A stretch of DNA of 64,000 nt from Myxococcota bacterium (GCA_049889515.1 JBMHDG010000062.1:188534-252533); one strand, 5' to 3'; shown: positions 56,001 to 64,000, counted from the stretch's first letter. The notes: generated from the letters alone by a model not told the origin. Made by a program: numbers and translations.

Positions 56001-56226
56001 GCGCGTCGTCTTCATCGACTGGCGCAGGAGACGGCGGGCGGGTGCTGTCTCGGCGGGGTCCAAAATCGAGGGGTGCCTGCTCCAGGCGCTCGACAACGTC
56101 GGGTGGATAGCTGACCGCCATCGGGGCATCGCACGACGGACAGCGTACCTTGGAGCCCTGCGGCGGCAGCGGTGCGGTCAACCGAATGGTCTCGGAGCAC
56201 GATGGACATGTGATCTTGAGCGGCAT
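53059..56226 (-). CDS. mrcA: class A penicillin-binding protein (glycosyltransferase + transpeptidase) with N-terminal cytoplasmic zinc ribbon
   Basis: GT51 motifs (EDANFFSHDGIDY, GGSTITQQVAKN, RKVKEALLSWRIE). Transpeptidase motifs SxxK (STFKP), SRN and KTGTT. The internal ATG 56226 (MPLKITCPSCSE...VRCPSCDAPM) is preferred to the ORF track start 56400. Confidence 0.93.
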   Translation of the reverse strand: MPLKITCPSCSETIRLTAPLPPQGSKVRCPSCDAPMAVSYPPDVVERLEQAPLDFGPRRDSTRPPSPAPVDEDDAPTVMMDRDTLRAMMQADDDLGSGGAEPPSDDDAQTTLFARPATPVEPRAEVEPPPTEDTREPLPSTPESSQPETAPPTGPVVVPSEGRPLRSRRKAPSRLWTWAGRGLLAAALVGALGSVAVGYAVYQTYAPDLPGIETLQAYTPATVTTVHDRTGRLLGEIYEERRYVLPYEEIPETVVHAFVAAEDANFFSHDGIDYMGIARAMVRNLRAGRIAQGGSTITQQVAKNFLLSSDRRLARKVKEALLSWRIEDAYTKEHILYLYLNEIFLGSQSYGVEAAARTFFGKHISEVTLGEAAILAGLPPRPSAWNPHRDIEASKRRQAYVLGQMVEKGFITASDAEAAAAEPIVVAPRGNTFREMAPYFTEHARRFLVRQYGEERVLNEGLSVTTTCDLDLQKAAQRAVADGVVRVDHRMGFRREDVETLSSDAERSARIAEHETAMRKAWAAAQDPAGRVALPSTSTLEVDQSYAAVVTEVSKTWARVQIGIHEGLIPIAWSEWVYPPNPKKTWRYRKQDNFTRPVRAPGEETSGGGILRVGDVVRVLVRGRSTLEKDLTPTFVNTPGELRDLVAVELQQATKVESSLLSADLETGHVLAMVGGSNFGRSQFNRATQARRQVGSTFKPIVYAAALASRKITAATMVADAPLAFSTTADGEMWKPANYARDYMGNITLRRALALSRNTCTVRVLDSVDPGMQDGVVSDFGIALGLGGLPAHLRDDTFEVTPQSDVLCPWVRETPQTSGCEVRYPPRDPDMTHEEALEQKAWCRFCNLSMGLGSAALTMEEMTVAYATFANHGQWRPLNTILEVTDRDGDVLYAHESVEPIEVMDPGVADITTWLLQNVAEGGTATKARQKLGFTIAGKTGTTNEEKDAWFIGFTPKMVTAVWSGFDTPTPMGVGATGGDTSMPVFIDYMKEAVPKEGHGTFVFDEDLEWVRIDEDSGRRVVEGGRKYPFLKNTVPESTGTAAGELSLDDLATEL

Positions 56227-56329
56227 GCCAGTCCTGACGAGGCTCCCGAATCGGAGACATGCGGCGGTAGTATCGTCGGCTCTGTCTGGCGTCCATGACG
56301 AGTGAGTTGTCGCAAATGGGTGGGGACGC

Positions 56330-56358
56330 TTGACGACCGGTTTCTCACCACGAACAAT
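56330..56358 (+). promoter_or_regulatory. putative sigma-70-type promoter for the S41 peptidase gene
   Basis: TTGACG (56330-56335), a 17-nt spacer, then AACAAT (56353-56358). It lies in the 168-nt divergent region. GGAGACGGT precedes ATG 56395. Confidence 0.3.
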
Positions 56359-56394
56359 GATGGAGGTGGAATCTACTGACAGCTCGGAGACGGT

Positions 56395-59307
56395 ATGCAC
56401 CCCATGGCGCGTGGATTCGCTCTCGTCACAAGTGCCTTGCTCCTCGCATGGTCGTGTGGCCGGGACGACTCGTCTGGTTCGGGTGCACCGCAGGGGCTGG
56501 GGACGTTGGCGACGGCATCGCCAGACTACGAGTTCTCGGAGCTGAAGCTCTTGTCGCAGACGTTGGCCTTCGTGAGCGAGGCCTACGTGGCACCAGAGCG
56601 GATTCGCCCAGAGGCGATGCTGGTGGCAGCCCTCGAGGCGGTGGAGCGGGAGGTCCCGGCCGCCATGTTCGACCTCAAGAATGGCGTGCTCACGCTGCAG
56701 GTGGTGGGGACACGGGAGTCCTGGGATGTTGGGGCCGTCACAAGTATCAATGAGCTAGAACGACTGCTTCGCCGCGTGGCGGTCGTGCTGGATCGGCGAC
56801 TGGAACTGCGGGACCTCCAGAGTGAGGGGCACGGGGTGGGTGCCTTCGACCATCTGGAGTTCACGATGGTCAACGCGCTCCTCGGCACCCTCGATCCCCA
56901 CTCGATGTTGATGACGCCTCTCGAGTCCGAAGAGATGTCGGTCGAAAATGCGGGTGAGTTTGGAGGCCTCGGGGTCACGATCTCCCTCGCAGGTGGGTGG
57001 CTACAGGTGGAGGAGGTCCTGCCCGACTCGCCTGCCCATGAGAGCGGACTTCGAACCGGAGATCGCATTCAGCGTGTGGATGGGATCTCGACGCAGAACA
57101 TCTCCATCGATGAGGCCGTTGAGCTGCTGCGTGGACCCGTGGGCTCATCGACAACACTGGATGTGGTAGACCTTGGCACGGCCGAGCGGAGCGTCGTCGA
57201 GGTGACGCGGGCCCTCGTGAAGTCAAGTCCGGTGCAGGGTTGGGCGCTGCCTGGCCAGATGGCCTATGTGCGTATTCTAGGCTTTCACGCAGCGGTTCAT
57301 GCAGATGTGGTGGCTGCTCTGTCGCGGGTGGAGCGTGAGGAGCAGGGGCTGAAGGGCGTGGTGCTTGACCTCCGTGGAAACCCGGGTGGGCTGCTGCATC
57401 AGGCGATAGCGCTGTCGAATGTGTTTCTCGACCGTGGAGAGATTGTACGCCGAAGAAGCGCGCGCCATCCGGTTGGCGAGGTCGCGACGGCGCAACGGGT
57501 CGGGACCGTCATCGACCAGCCTGTGGTTGTACTGGTCGATAGCCACTCTGCATCGGCGAGTGAGATCGTGGCTGGGGCCTTGCGAAATAATGAGCGGGCG
57601 GTCATTATCGGACAGCGAACCTTCGGAAAAGGGTCTGTTCAGGACCTTCACGAGCTCGGTTACGGTGCGCGACTCAAGCTGACCGTGGAACACTATCTAA
57701 CGCCCGGTGAGCGCAGCATTCAGGGGGTGGGGATCCCCGCAGATATTGAGGTCCTCCCAGCGTATGTGGGTCGGCTCGAGGGTGACGCAGTCACTGGATG
57801 GTTCACGGGAGAACACCTGTTACGCGAGGATAGCCTCGAGGCGCATCTCGAAGGCCAAGCCTTCGCAGGAGAGGGGCCAGCGTACACGCTTCGCATGCTG
57901 GTCGAGGTCGATGACGCGCCTCCTCCGAGTCTCTATGATGCGCCTCTTCTTGACGACGACCCGCAGCTGCAGCTTGCTGTCGACGTTCTCGCAGCGAGCC
58001 GGTCGTCGCATCGGGGCGACATGTTGGTGTCCGCCGCGCCCGTGGTGACACGACATCGTCAGCGTCAGGCGCGGTCCCTCATCGATGCCTTTGGAGCCCT
58101 TGGGGTCGACTGGACACCTGCTGCGAACGCAGAGGCTGCGCTTGACGTCTCGTTTGATGGCCTACCCGCGATGACGGCGGGTGAACCCACACACGTGTCG
58201 ATTTTGGTTGAAAACCGTGGGCCCTCGCCCGCAGGTCAACTGACGCTTGTGGGCGAAGAACATGCGCTGATGGAGGGCCGCGAAGTGGCGGTCGGGCGCC
58301 TCGATGCCGGGGAGACTCGTCGGGTTGCGTTCAAGCTCGAGCCTGCCCCGGGCTACCCCTCGGAGCATGCACCCATGCAGGTCTCCCTAAAGGGTCCAGA
58401 CGGTGTGCTTCTGGCGCAGGAACGCGCACTTCTCGAGGTCGATGCTGTGCCACTTCCGCGACTGTCGCTTCGCACGCAGTGGGTGGACGTTGTGGCCACG
58501 GGCGAAGGCGAGGTTCAGGGTACCCTTGAAGTCACGGTGCGCAACGACGGCGACGGGGAGTCGACGGGGGCAGAGCTGTGGCTGCACCGGCTCACCCATG
58601 ACGTTCGGCTTCGTGTGGGTTCGCTCCGTGTGGGAGATCTTGTGGATGCAGCGGGCGAGCCGTGCAGGCCCGAAGAGCCGGGTTGGTACAACGGTGGGGT
58701 TGTGGGGGCGACGGCAGATCATCCCCGGGTGCTTGCAGAACTGGAGGCTACATGGCCAGCCTCTTGTACCCAGCGTCTTGTTGCTGGTGGTGTCTGGACC
58801 GGCCGACTGGTCGTCACCAAGCCGGCCACATTGCTCGCCAACATAGAGCTCGGGATGGCCGAGGTTGAGCGGTATGACGCCGCCACGATCGATCGCGGTG
58901 GATTCTTCGAGTACCTCGAGCCCACGCTCACGCTGACGGTTCCGGATGTCGCAGAGCCAGAGGTGGGGCGTTGGCACGAACCTCCGGCGATTCGCATCAC
59001 CAAAGATCCCGAGCGACGGTCGACGATGGCACGCGTCTCCCTCTCGGGTCGGGTGACAGACGACCGTGGCGTGAGCGCGCTGATGGTCTATGCGGGCGAC
59101 AACAAGGTCTTCTTCCATGCCACCCCCCGCGAGCGCCTCATTCCGTCTGTCCCGTTCAGCGCGACGGTGGACTTGGCGCCTGGGAGTAATGACATCTACG
59201 TGATTGCCGTGGACGATGAAGGCCTGGTCTCAACAACCTCGCGTGTCGTCAGCTACCAAGCGCCCGAGAAGATCAGCCGGTCAACAACCCTGCAATCTTC
59301 GCCCTGA
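56395..59307 (+). CDS. S41-family C-terminal processing peptidase with PDZ domain and long C-terminal extension
   Basis: PDZ (GGLGVTISLAGGWLQVEEVLPDSPAHESGLRTGDRIQRVDG). S41 motifs (VLDLRGNPGGLL, SASASEIVAGAL, GQRTFGKGSVQ). The ~480-aa C-terminal region looks like Ig/CARDB repeats. Confidence 0.85.
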   Translation: MHPMARGFALVTSALLLAWSCGRDDSSGSGAPQGLGTLATASPDYEFSELKLLSQTLAFVSEAYVAPERIRPEAMLVAALEAVEREVPAAMFDLKNGVLTLQVVGTRESWDVGAVTSINELERLLRRVAVVLDRRLELRDLQSEGHGVGAFDHLEFTMVNALLGTLDPHSMLMTPLESEEMSVENAGEFGGLGVTISLAGGWLQVEEVLPDSPAHESGLRTGDRIQRVDGISTQNISIDEAVELLRGPVGSSTTLDVVDLGTAERSVVEVTRALVKSSPVQGWALPGQMAYVRILGFHAAVHADVVAALSRVEREEQGLKGVVLDLRGNPGGLLHQAIALSNVFLDRGEIVRRRSARHPVGEVATAQRVGTVIDQPVVVLVDSHSASASEIVAGALRNNERAVIIGQRTFGKGSVQDLHELGYGARLKLTVEHYLTPGERSIQGVGIPADIEVLPAYVGRLEGDAVTGWFTGEHLLREDSLEAHLEGQAFAGEGPAYTLRMLVEVDDAPPPSLYDAPLLDDDPQLQLAVDVLAASRSSHRGDMLVSAAPVVTRHRQRQARSLIDAFGALGVDWTPAANAEAALDVSFDGLPAMTAGEPTHVSILVENRGPSPAGQLTLVGEEHALMEGREVAVGRLDAGETRRVAFKLEPAPGYPSEHAPMQVSLKGPDGVLLAQERALLEVDAVPLPRLSLRTQWVDVVATGEGEVQGTLEVTVRNDGDGESTGAELWLHRLTHDVRLRVGSLRVGDLVDAAGEPCRPEEPGWYNGGVVGATADHPRVLAELEATWPASCTQRLVAGGVWTGRLVVTKPATLLANIELGMAEVERYDAATIDRGGFFEYLEPTLTLTVPDVAEPEVGRWHEPPAIRITKDPERRSTMARVSLSGRVTDDRGVSALMVYAGDNKVFFHATPRERLIPSVPFSATVDLAPGSNDIYVIAVDDEGLVSTTSRVVSYQAPEKISRSTTLQSSP

Positions 59308-60265
59308 GCGCTGCGACCTCTTGGGGTAGGGCGGGTGGTGCCTTTCGACCGAGGTGGTTGAGCCGTTGCTTTCGTACGGCGAGATCGGTCACGGCATCGA
59401 TGTAGTGCGAGCGGGTCACACCATTGGGGAGGTCGAGCTTCCGTCGTCCGAAGACACTCGCAATCTTCGCCGCGTGGCCGGCGGGTAGGAGTCCTCGGTC
59501 CTCCTCGTCGAGGAGCTGCTGTTTCATCTGACCAGACTCTACCCAGAGACAGACCTCAAAGAAGATCAGGAGCGCAACAAAGATGCCAGGCAGAAGAACG
59601 TAGTTCAGCACCATGGGCACCCAGTCGCCGGTCACCACCGCATAAGAAATGAAGCCGTTCCAGAGCGCATGGAGGGACATGGCAGCGGTCAATCCACCCA
59701 GCAATCCCGCGAGCTTGGCGGAGGTGCTCGACCATCGCACATAGCCTACGGCTGCACCGACCATGCCTGTGGCAAAGGCATGCATCGGCGCGCTGTACAG
59801 GGTGCGAATGACGACCGTCATGAAGAGGCTGAGCGGATCATCGAGGGACGCCGCGAAATACAGAACGTTCTCGGTCATGCCAAAGCCTAGGCCTGCCGCC
59901 ATACCGTAGACGAAGCCATCGGTGATGTTGTCGAACTCGAGCTGGGTGAGGAGAAAGAGCAGAAAGAGGGCTTTGCAAGGCTCTTCAACCAGAGGCGCGA
60001 TGACGGTGGCGCTAAATGCCTCCTGCATGCTGCCGCCGTCCTCAAGACCGAGCAGGACGGTGAACACACCTTCGAACAGCGGAGCGATCATGAGCGTCGT
60101 TGAGGTGGCCCCCACGGCGCCCCAGCAGAACACCAGGAGTACAAGCCACGCGGGCTCTCGATGGTACCGGTCGAGCATCCACACGAGAAACAGCATGCTG
60201 ATCATCGGCACGCTGGCGAGCCAGACGATGAGTGCGAGGGCGATCAGGGCAAAGAGCGGTGTCAT
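59273..60265 (-). CDS. PrsW-family intramembrane protease
   Basis: Multi-TM protein with the PrsW signatures EExxK (EEPCKALF) and HxxxN (HALWN). Confidence 0.8.
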   Translation of the reverse strand: MTPLFALIALALIVWLASVPMISMLFLVWMLDRYHREPAWLVLLVFCWGAVGATSTTLMIAPLFEGVFTVLLGLEDGGSMQEAFSATVIAPLVEEPCKALFLLFLLTQLEFDNITDGFVYGMAAGLGFGMTENVLYFAASLDDPLSLFMTVVIRTLYSAPMHAFATGMVGAAVGYVRWSSTSAKLAGLLGGLTAAMSLHALWNGFISYAVVTGDWVPMVLNYVLLPGIFVALLIFFEVCLWVESGQMKQQLLDEEDRGLLPAGHAAKIASVFGRRKLDLPNGVTRSHYIDAVTDLAVRKQRLNHLGRKAPPALPQEVAALRAKIAGLLTG

Positions 60266-60981
60266 GTGTGAAGCTCCATCGCGAACCTGCTGAGCAACTG
60301 GTCGGCGATCGGCGCTTCATGAAATCCCCGGACCAGTGCGTTGTACGTCTCCAGGCCGAAGGCAGCGATGTACTCCTTTCGGTACCTGTCGAGGCGTGAC
60401 AGGTTTTCTGTGAGCGTCAGCTCGGGATGAAACTGGGTGGCCCACACGGGCTTACCTGGAATCCGCAGGGCCTGGGCAGCGCACAGTTCCGAGAACGCGA
60501 GACGAATACAGCTCTCGGGAAACGTGGTCGCGTGGTCCTTGTGCCCCAGCTGAACCGCGAACCGGCGTGGCAGGGGCCCAAAGATCGGATCCGTGTCACT
60601 CTCGTTCGTACGTTCAATCTCAAAGGTTCCCACTTCCTCGTGACCGGGAAGGGGTTCTACCTGTCCGCCCATGGCCATGACGAGCGCTTGAAAGCCAAAG
60701 CACGAGGCAAACATTGGGGTGCCCGTGTCTGCGATCTCACCGAGCCTGTCGATCATCCGGGTGATCCAGGGGTAGTCGTCCTGAACGCCATACCGACCTG
60801 CGCCACCGACCAGGAGAGCATCCACGTCATGGCAGACGCGCTCGGGATGCGGGTCGGTGGCGATCATGTCGAAGGGCACGACGGCGGTGTCTTCGACGCC
60901 CAACCGCGCGGCAAAGGCGATCCGTTCTTCTTCGCGTACGGGGTCATCGGGGTCACGAGCCTGGAGGAGGCGGTATCTCAC
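60262..60981 (-). CDS. class I glutamine amidotransferase-like protein
   Basis: Nucleophile elbow FASCFGFQAL and the His/Glu pair in ATQFHPE. GTG 60979-60981 has GGAG 5 nt upstream and gives VRYRLLQ.... The longer ORF track start (61290) would run through the divergent uvrA-like gene. Confidence 0.8.
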   Translation of the reverse strand: MRYRLLQARDPDDPVREEERIAFAARLGVEDTAVVPFDMIATDPHPERVCHDVDALLVGGAGRYGVQDDYPWITRMIDRLGEIADTGTPMFASCFGFQALVMAMGGQVEPLPGHEEVGTFEIERTNESDTDPIFGPLPRRFAVQLGHKDHATTFPESCIRLAFSELCAAQALRIPGKPVWATQFHPELTLTENLSRLDRYRKEYIAAFGLETYNALVRGFHEAPIADQLLSRFAMELHT

Positions 60982-61029
60982 GTGGTCTCCCTTGCGGCAG
61001 AGTGGGTGCGGCCATGGTAGCTGAACGGC

Positions 61030-63312
61030 ATGGACAGCATACAGATTCGTGGCGCGCGACAGCATAGCCTCCGGGGGGTCGATGTGGACCTCCGCCTTGG
61101 CGAATTGGTGGTGATCTGTGGGCGTTCCGGATCTGGAAAGTCTAGCTTTGCCTTTGACACCGTGCATGCGGAAGCGCAGCGTCGCTATGTGGACGCGCTG
61201 TCGGCGCGCCACCGGAAAGCCCTCGTTCAGTTGCCGCGACCTGACGTAGACCTGATTCGCGGTCTCGTACCGACCATCGCGCTGCAGCAATCGGAACCTG
61301 CCTCATGGGGCCAGACGATCGCAGACCGGAGCGAACTCTGGGAGGCACTGCGGGTCTTGTTTGGACGAGCAGCGACACTGGTGGATCCCGTGTCTGGGGA
61401 ACGCGTAGAACCTGTGACGCTCGATCAGATCACCCAGTCCCTCATGGGATTGGAGGATGGCACCCGGTTGACTATCGAGGTTCCTGTACGCGTCGAACAT
61501 GGGGGGACCGGTGTTCTCGAGGAGATCGTACGAAATGGCTTTTCACGGGTGCGCCTCCACGACGAGGTGATGCGGGTCGAAGAGGTGCCCCAAGGCGCCT
61601 CCCTCGATGGGCTTCGCGTGGTGGTGGACCGCATCAAGGTTCGTCCAGACCGTCGGTCGCGGATCGAGGACGCCGTCCGAACGGCCTCACGGGCGGGACA
61701 CGGGCAGCTGGTCGCGGTCACGGACTCCGGAGAGCAGGTCTTTGTTGACCGGCCATGGAGCGCATCGACCCAGACCCTGTTGCCAGAGCTGACCCCGTCG
61801 CTCTTCTCTCGACGGGGGGTGCATGCCTGCGAGGCGTGTCAGGGCGCTGGGCGCCTCAACGATGGGACGCACTGTGAGGCGTGTGAGGGAACAGGACTCG
61901 GCCCCGTGGCGGCGCATGCGATCTGGGGAACGTGGACGCTGCCACGGCTTCTCGGCTTGCCGCTCGAGCAGTGGCGCGAGGCCTCGGCGTCGTTTCCTAA
62001 AGACCCCGTGAGTGCGCCGCTCGTGGGCGAGCTGTTGCGCCGTGTCGAGGTCCTCTGCCAGCTGAAGCTTGGTGGACGACGTCCAGGAGAGAGACTGGCG
62101 ATGTTGTCTGCTGGCGAGCGCCAGTGCTTGCGGATTGCCCGACAGCTGTCATCAGAGCTCACCGGAATCTTGTATGTACTGGATGAACCGGCCCAGTCCC
62201 TCGACGTCGAACGGGTGGCATGCGTGGTGGAGGTGATGCGGCAACTTGTGGCGCGCGGCAATGGTGTGCTCGCCGTAGAACATCATCCCGCAGTGATCGA
62301 TGCCGCTGACCGCGTCCTCGAGTTTGGGCCTGGTCCGGGCACGGACGGTGGGCGGTTGTTGTTTGACGGCACACCCGAAGCGCTGAAGCAGGCCGACACA
62401 CCCACCGGAAGGGCACTGCGGCGCGATCAGGAGGCCTTCCCGCCAGGGCAAGAGGCCGAGGGGTGCATCGTCTTGGCGGGCGCGCCGAGCGTGAGGGTGC
62501 CTCATGGGCGTCTTACGGTCGTTCATGGAGCGACAGCGTCTGGAAAGACCCGCATGTTGGGGCGCTTGGCCTCGGCGGTTCAGCGGAAGTTGGCCAACGA
62601 GACGGTCGAGGAGCTCTCCGGCGCTGACGGCATTGTGCGCATCGTCCAGACCGATGATCTCTCCGTGGGGCGATCATCCCGCTCGATTCCAGCGACATAT
62701 ACGGGGCTCTGGTCGACCATGCGCGAGCTACTCGCGGCGACACGGGAAGCCCAAGTCCGAGGCCTGACCGCGACGAGCTTCAGCCTCAACGTCAAGGGTG
62801 GACGCTGCGAACACTGTCGTGGCCTTGGCATGCGGCGCGTAGAGCTGGGTATCCTTCCGGACGTCCATGTGGTGTGCGAAGTGTGCGGCGGGCACAGGTT
62901 CTCTCGCGACGTACTTGAAGTCATGTGGAAGGGCTTGAACGCAGCGGAGCTGCTCGCGCTGACCGTTCAGGATGCTGGGCCCGTGTTGTCGGGGCACCCC
63001 GCCTTGGACGCGCCACTGCGTGCACTTGCAGACGTGGGGCTTGGCTATGTACCCTTGGGGCAGCCGACCTGGACGCTCTCGGGCGGCGAGGCGCGACGCC
63101 TGCGGCTAGCACGTGAGCTGACGCGCTTGACGCGAAGTGGTGGCGCCGGGGCGCTCTACGTGGTCGATGAACCGGAGCGGGGCCTGCATCCTGTGGACGT
63201 CGACCTGCTGATGGACCTGTTTCGACGGTTGGTCGAGGAGGGCGCGACGGTGGTGCTTGCCACGCACGAGCCCAGTGTCGTGGCAAGGGCGGACCACCGC
63301 ATCGCGCTCTAG
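61030..63312 (+). CDS. UvrA-like ABC ATPase (short paralogue, 760 aa)
   Basis: IQIRGARQHSLRGVDVDL..GRSGSGKSSFAFDTVHAEAQRRYV. Second Walker A GATASGKT. Signatures LSAGERQ and LSGGEARR. Zn module FSLNVKGGRCEHCRGLGM...CEVCGGHRF. Confidence 0.85.
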   Translation: MDSIQIRGARQHSLRGVDVDLRLGELVVICGRSGSGKSSFAFDTVHAEAQRRYVDALSARHRKALVQLPRPDVDLIRGLVPTIALQQSEPASWGQTIADRSELWEALRVLFGRAATLVDPVSGERVEPVTLDQITQSLMGLEDGTRLTIEVPVRVEHGGTGVLEEIVRNGFSRVRLHDEVMRVEEVPQGASLDGLRVVVDRIKVRPDRRSRIEDAVRTASRAGHGQLVAVTDSGEQVFVDRPWSASTQTLLPELTPSLFSRRGVHACEACQGAGRLNDGTHCEACEGTGLGPVAAHAIWGTWTLPRLLGLPLEQWREASASFPKDPVSAPLVGELLRRVEVLCQLKLGGRRPGERLAMLSAGERQCLRIARQLSSELTGILYVLDEPAQSLDVERVACVVEVMRQLVARGNGVLAVEHHPAVIDAADRVLEFGPGPGTDGGRLLFDGTPEALKQADTPTGRALRRDQEAFPPGQEAEGCIVLAGAPSVRVPHGRLTVVHGATASGKTRMLGRLASAVQRKLANETVEELSGADGIVRIVQTDDLSVGRSSRSIPATYTGLWSTMRELLAATREAQVRGLTATSFSLNVKGGRCEHCRGLGMRRVELGILPDVHVVCEVCGGHRFSRDVLEVMWKGLNAAELLALTVQDAGPVLSGHPALDAPLRALADVGLGYVPLGQPTWTLSGGEARRLRLARELTRLTRSGGAGALYVVDEPERGLHPVDVDLLMDLFRRLVEEGATVVLATHEPSVVARADHRIAL

Positions 63313-64000
63313 ATGTGAACGCTCGCACCCTGTGAGGCGGCTACGGCCTCGAGCATGGCCTCGCTCGCGGTCGGGTGTGCGTGTACGGTATGCATGAGGA
63401 GCTCTGCCGTGGCCTCACTGGACCGTGCGAGGACAAACTCACTGATCATCTCTGTGGCGTCGGAGCCAATGATGTGAGCACCAATGATCTCTCCGTAGGT
63501 GTCGTCGACGAGTACTTTTACGAAGCCTTCGGGCGCGCCGGCACCTTGGCTACGACCATTGGCCATGAAAGGGAACTTGCCCACGCTGTATGTGTGGCCG
63601 GCTGCCTTGGCAGCTTCCTCCGTGAGTCCGACACTGGCCACCTGCGGCTGGCAGTAGGTGCAGCTCGGCATGTTGGTGTAGTCCACGTCGGGCACATGGA
63701 GTCCTGCGATACGCTCAATACACACGTGTGCTTGGCGCGTTGCGGTATGCGCCAGCGCGGGGCCGGCATCACACACATCACCCACAGCATAGACGCCAGG
63801 CGCTGTGGTTTGGTGATTCGTATCGACCTTTACGAACCCGCGCCGGTCCACTTCGACGCCGGCTGCATCGAGGCCGATGTCTTCGGTGTTGGGGGTGATG
63901 CCGAGGGCCGCAAGGACCGTGTGGGCCTCGAGGACCTCGCCGGTCTGCAGCGTGACACGACAGTTGCCATCTTCTGTTCGCTCGACGGTGTCAACGAACA
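63309..64000 (-). CDS. lpdA: dihydrolipoyl dehydrogenase, 3' part (gene continues beyond the window)
   Basis: GVYAVGDV, and a dimerisation domain with VHAHPTASEAM (the HxHPTxSE motif). The frame upstream of the listed start (63851) stays open to nt 64000 and still reads Lpd-like (ITPNTEDIGLDAAGVEV). Confidence 0.85.
   Translation of the reverse strand, partial: FVDTVERTEDGNCRVTLQTGEVLEAHTVLAALGITPNTEDIGLDAAGVEVDRRGFVKVDTNHQTTAPGVYAVGDVCDAGPALAHTATRQAHVCIERIAGLHVPDVDYTNMPSCTYCQPQVASVGLTEEAAKAAGHTYSVGKFPFMANGRSQGAGAPEGFVKVLVDDTYGEIIGAHIIGSDATEMISEFVLARSSEATAELLMHTVHAHPTASEAMLEAVAASQGASVHI

Overview
This is a GC-rich (by eye above 60% G+C), very gene-dense chromosomal segment. I call about 55 protein genes, 2 tRNAs and the RNase P RNA.

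Most content is housekeeping or cell-envelope:
- maeB, rnpB, and a murA-dnaG-rpoD run
- trmJ, an Hsp70 paralogue, two CNNM/CorC genes, thiL, a DnaJ-type chaperone, hemW and an M16 peptidase
- aroK-aroB-...-aroQ, tolQ-tolR-tolA-tolB and glgA
- an MreB-like actin, an M48 peptidase, a PpiD-like chaperone, rnd, PNP and RidA
- a class A PBP, an S41 peptidase, PrsW, a GATase1 protein, a UvrA paralogue and the 3' part of lpdA

Several signatures suggest a Myxococcota-like organism, but this is inference only. They are an MJ0042-type zinc ribbon, a TIGR02266-like PilZ domain, many lipoproteins and TPR proteins, and extra Hsp70/J-protein paralogues.

I see no transposase, integrase, prophage, CRISPR array, retron-like element or recognisable defence gene. 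This looks like core genome, not an accessory island.

The best candidates for undescribed biology are:
1. 49602-56226: a zinc-ribbon-fused PBP1A translationally coupled to a Cys-cluster lipoprotein, followed by a beta-barrel protein and a 658-aa acidic lipoprotein.
2. 22791-28857: a VWA lipoprotein, OM beta-barrel, TPR protein and M16 peptidase.
3. 28933-30268: a beta-helix-like protein followed by a PilZ receptor.
4. 32981-34024: two unknown genes embedded in the shikimate operon.
5. 37992-40375: an EcsC-like protein coupled to a FAN1-like VRR-NUC nuclease.
6. 61030-63312: an atypically shortened UvrA paralogue.

None of these can be shown to be a novel system from this sequence alone. All family calls rest on motifs read by eye, with no database searches.
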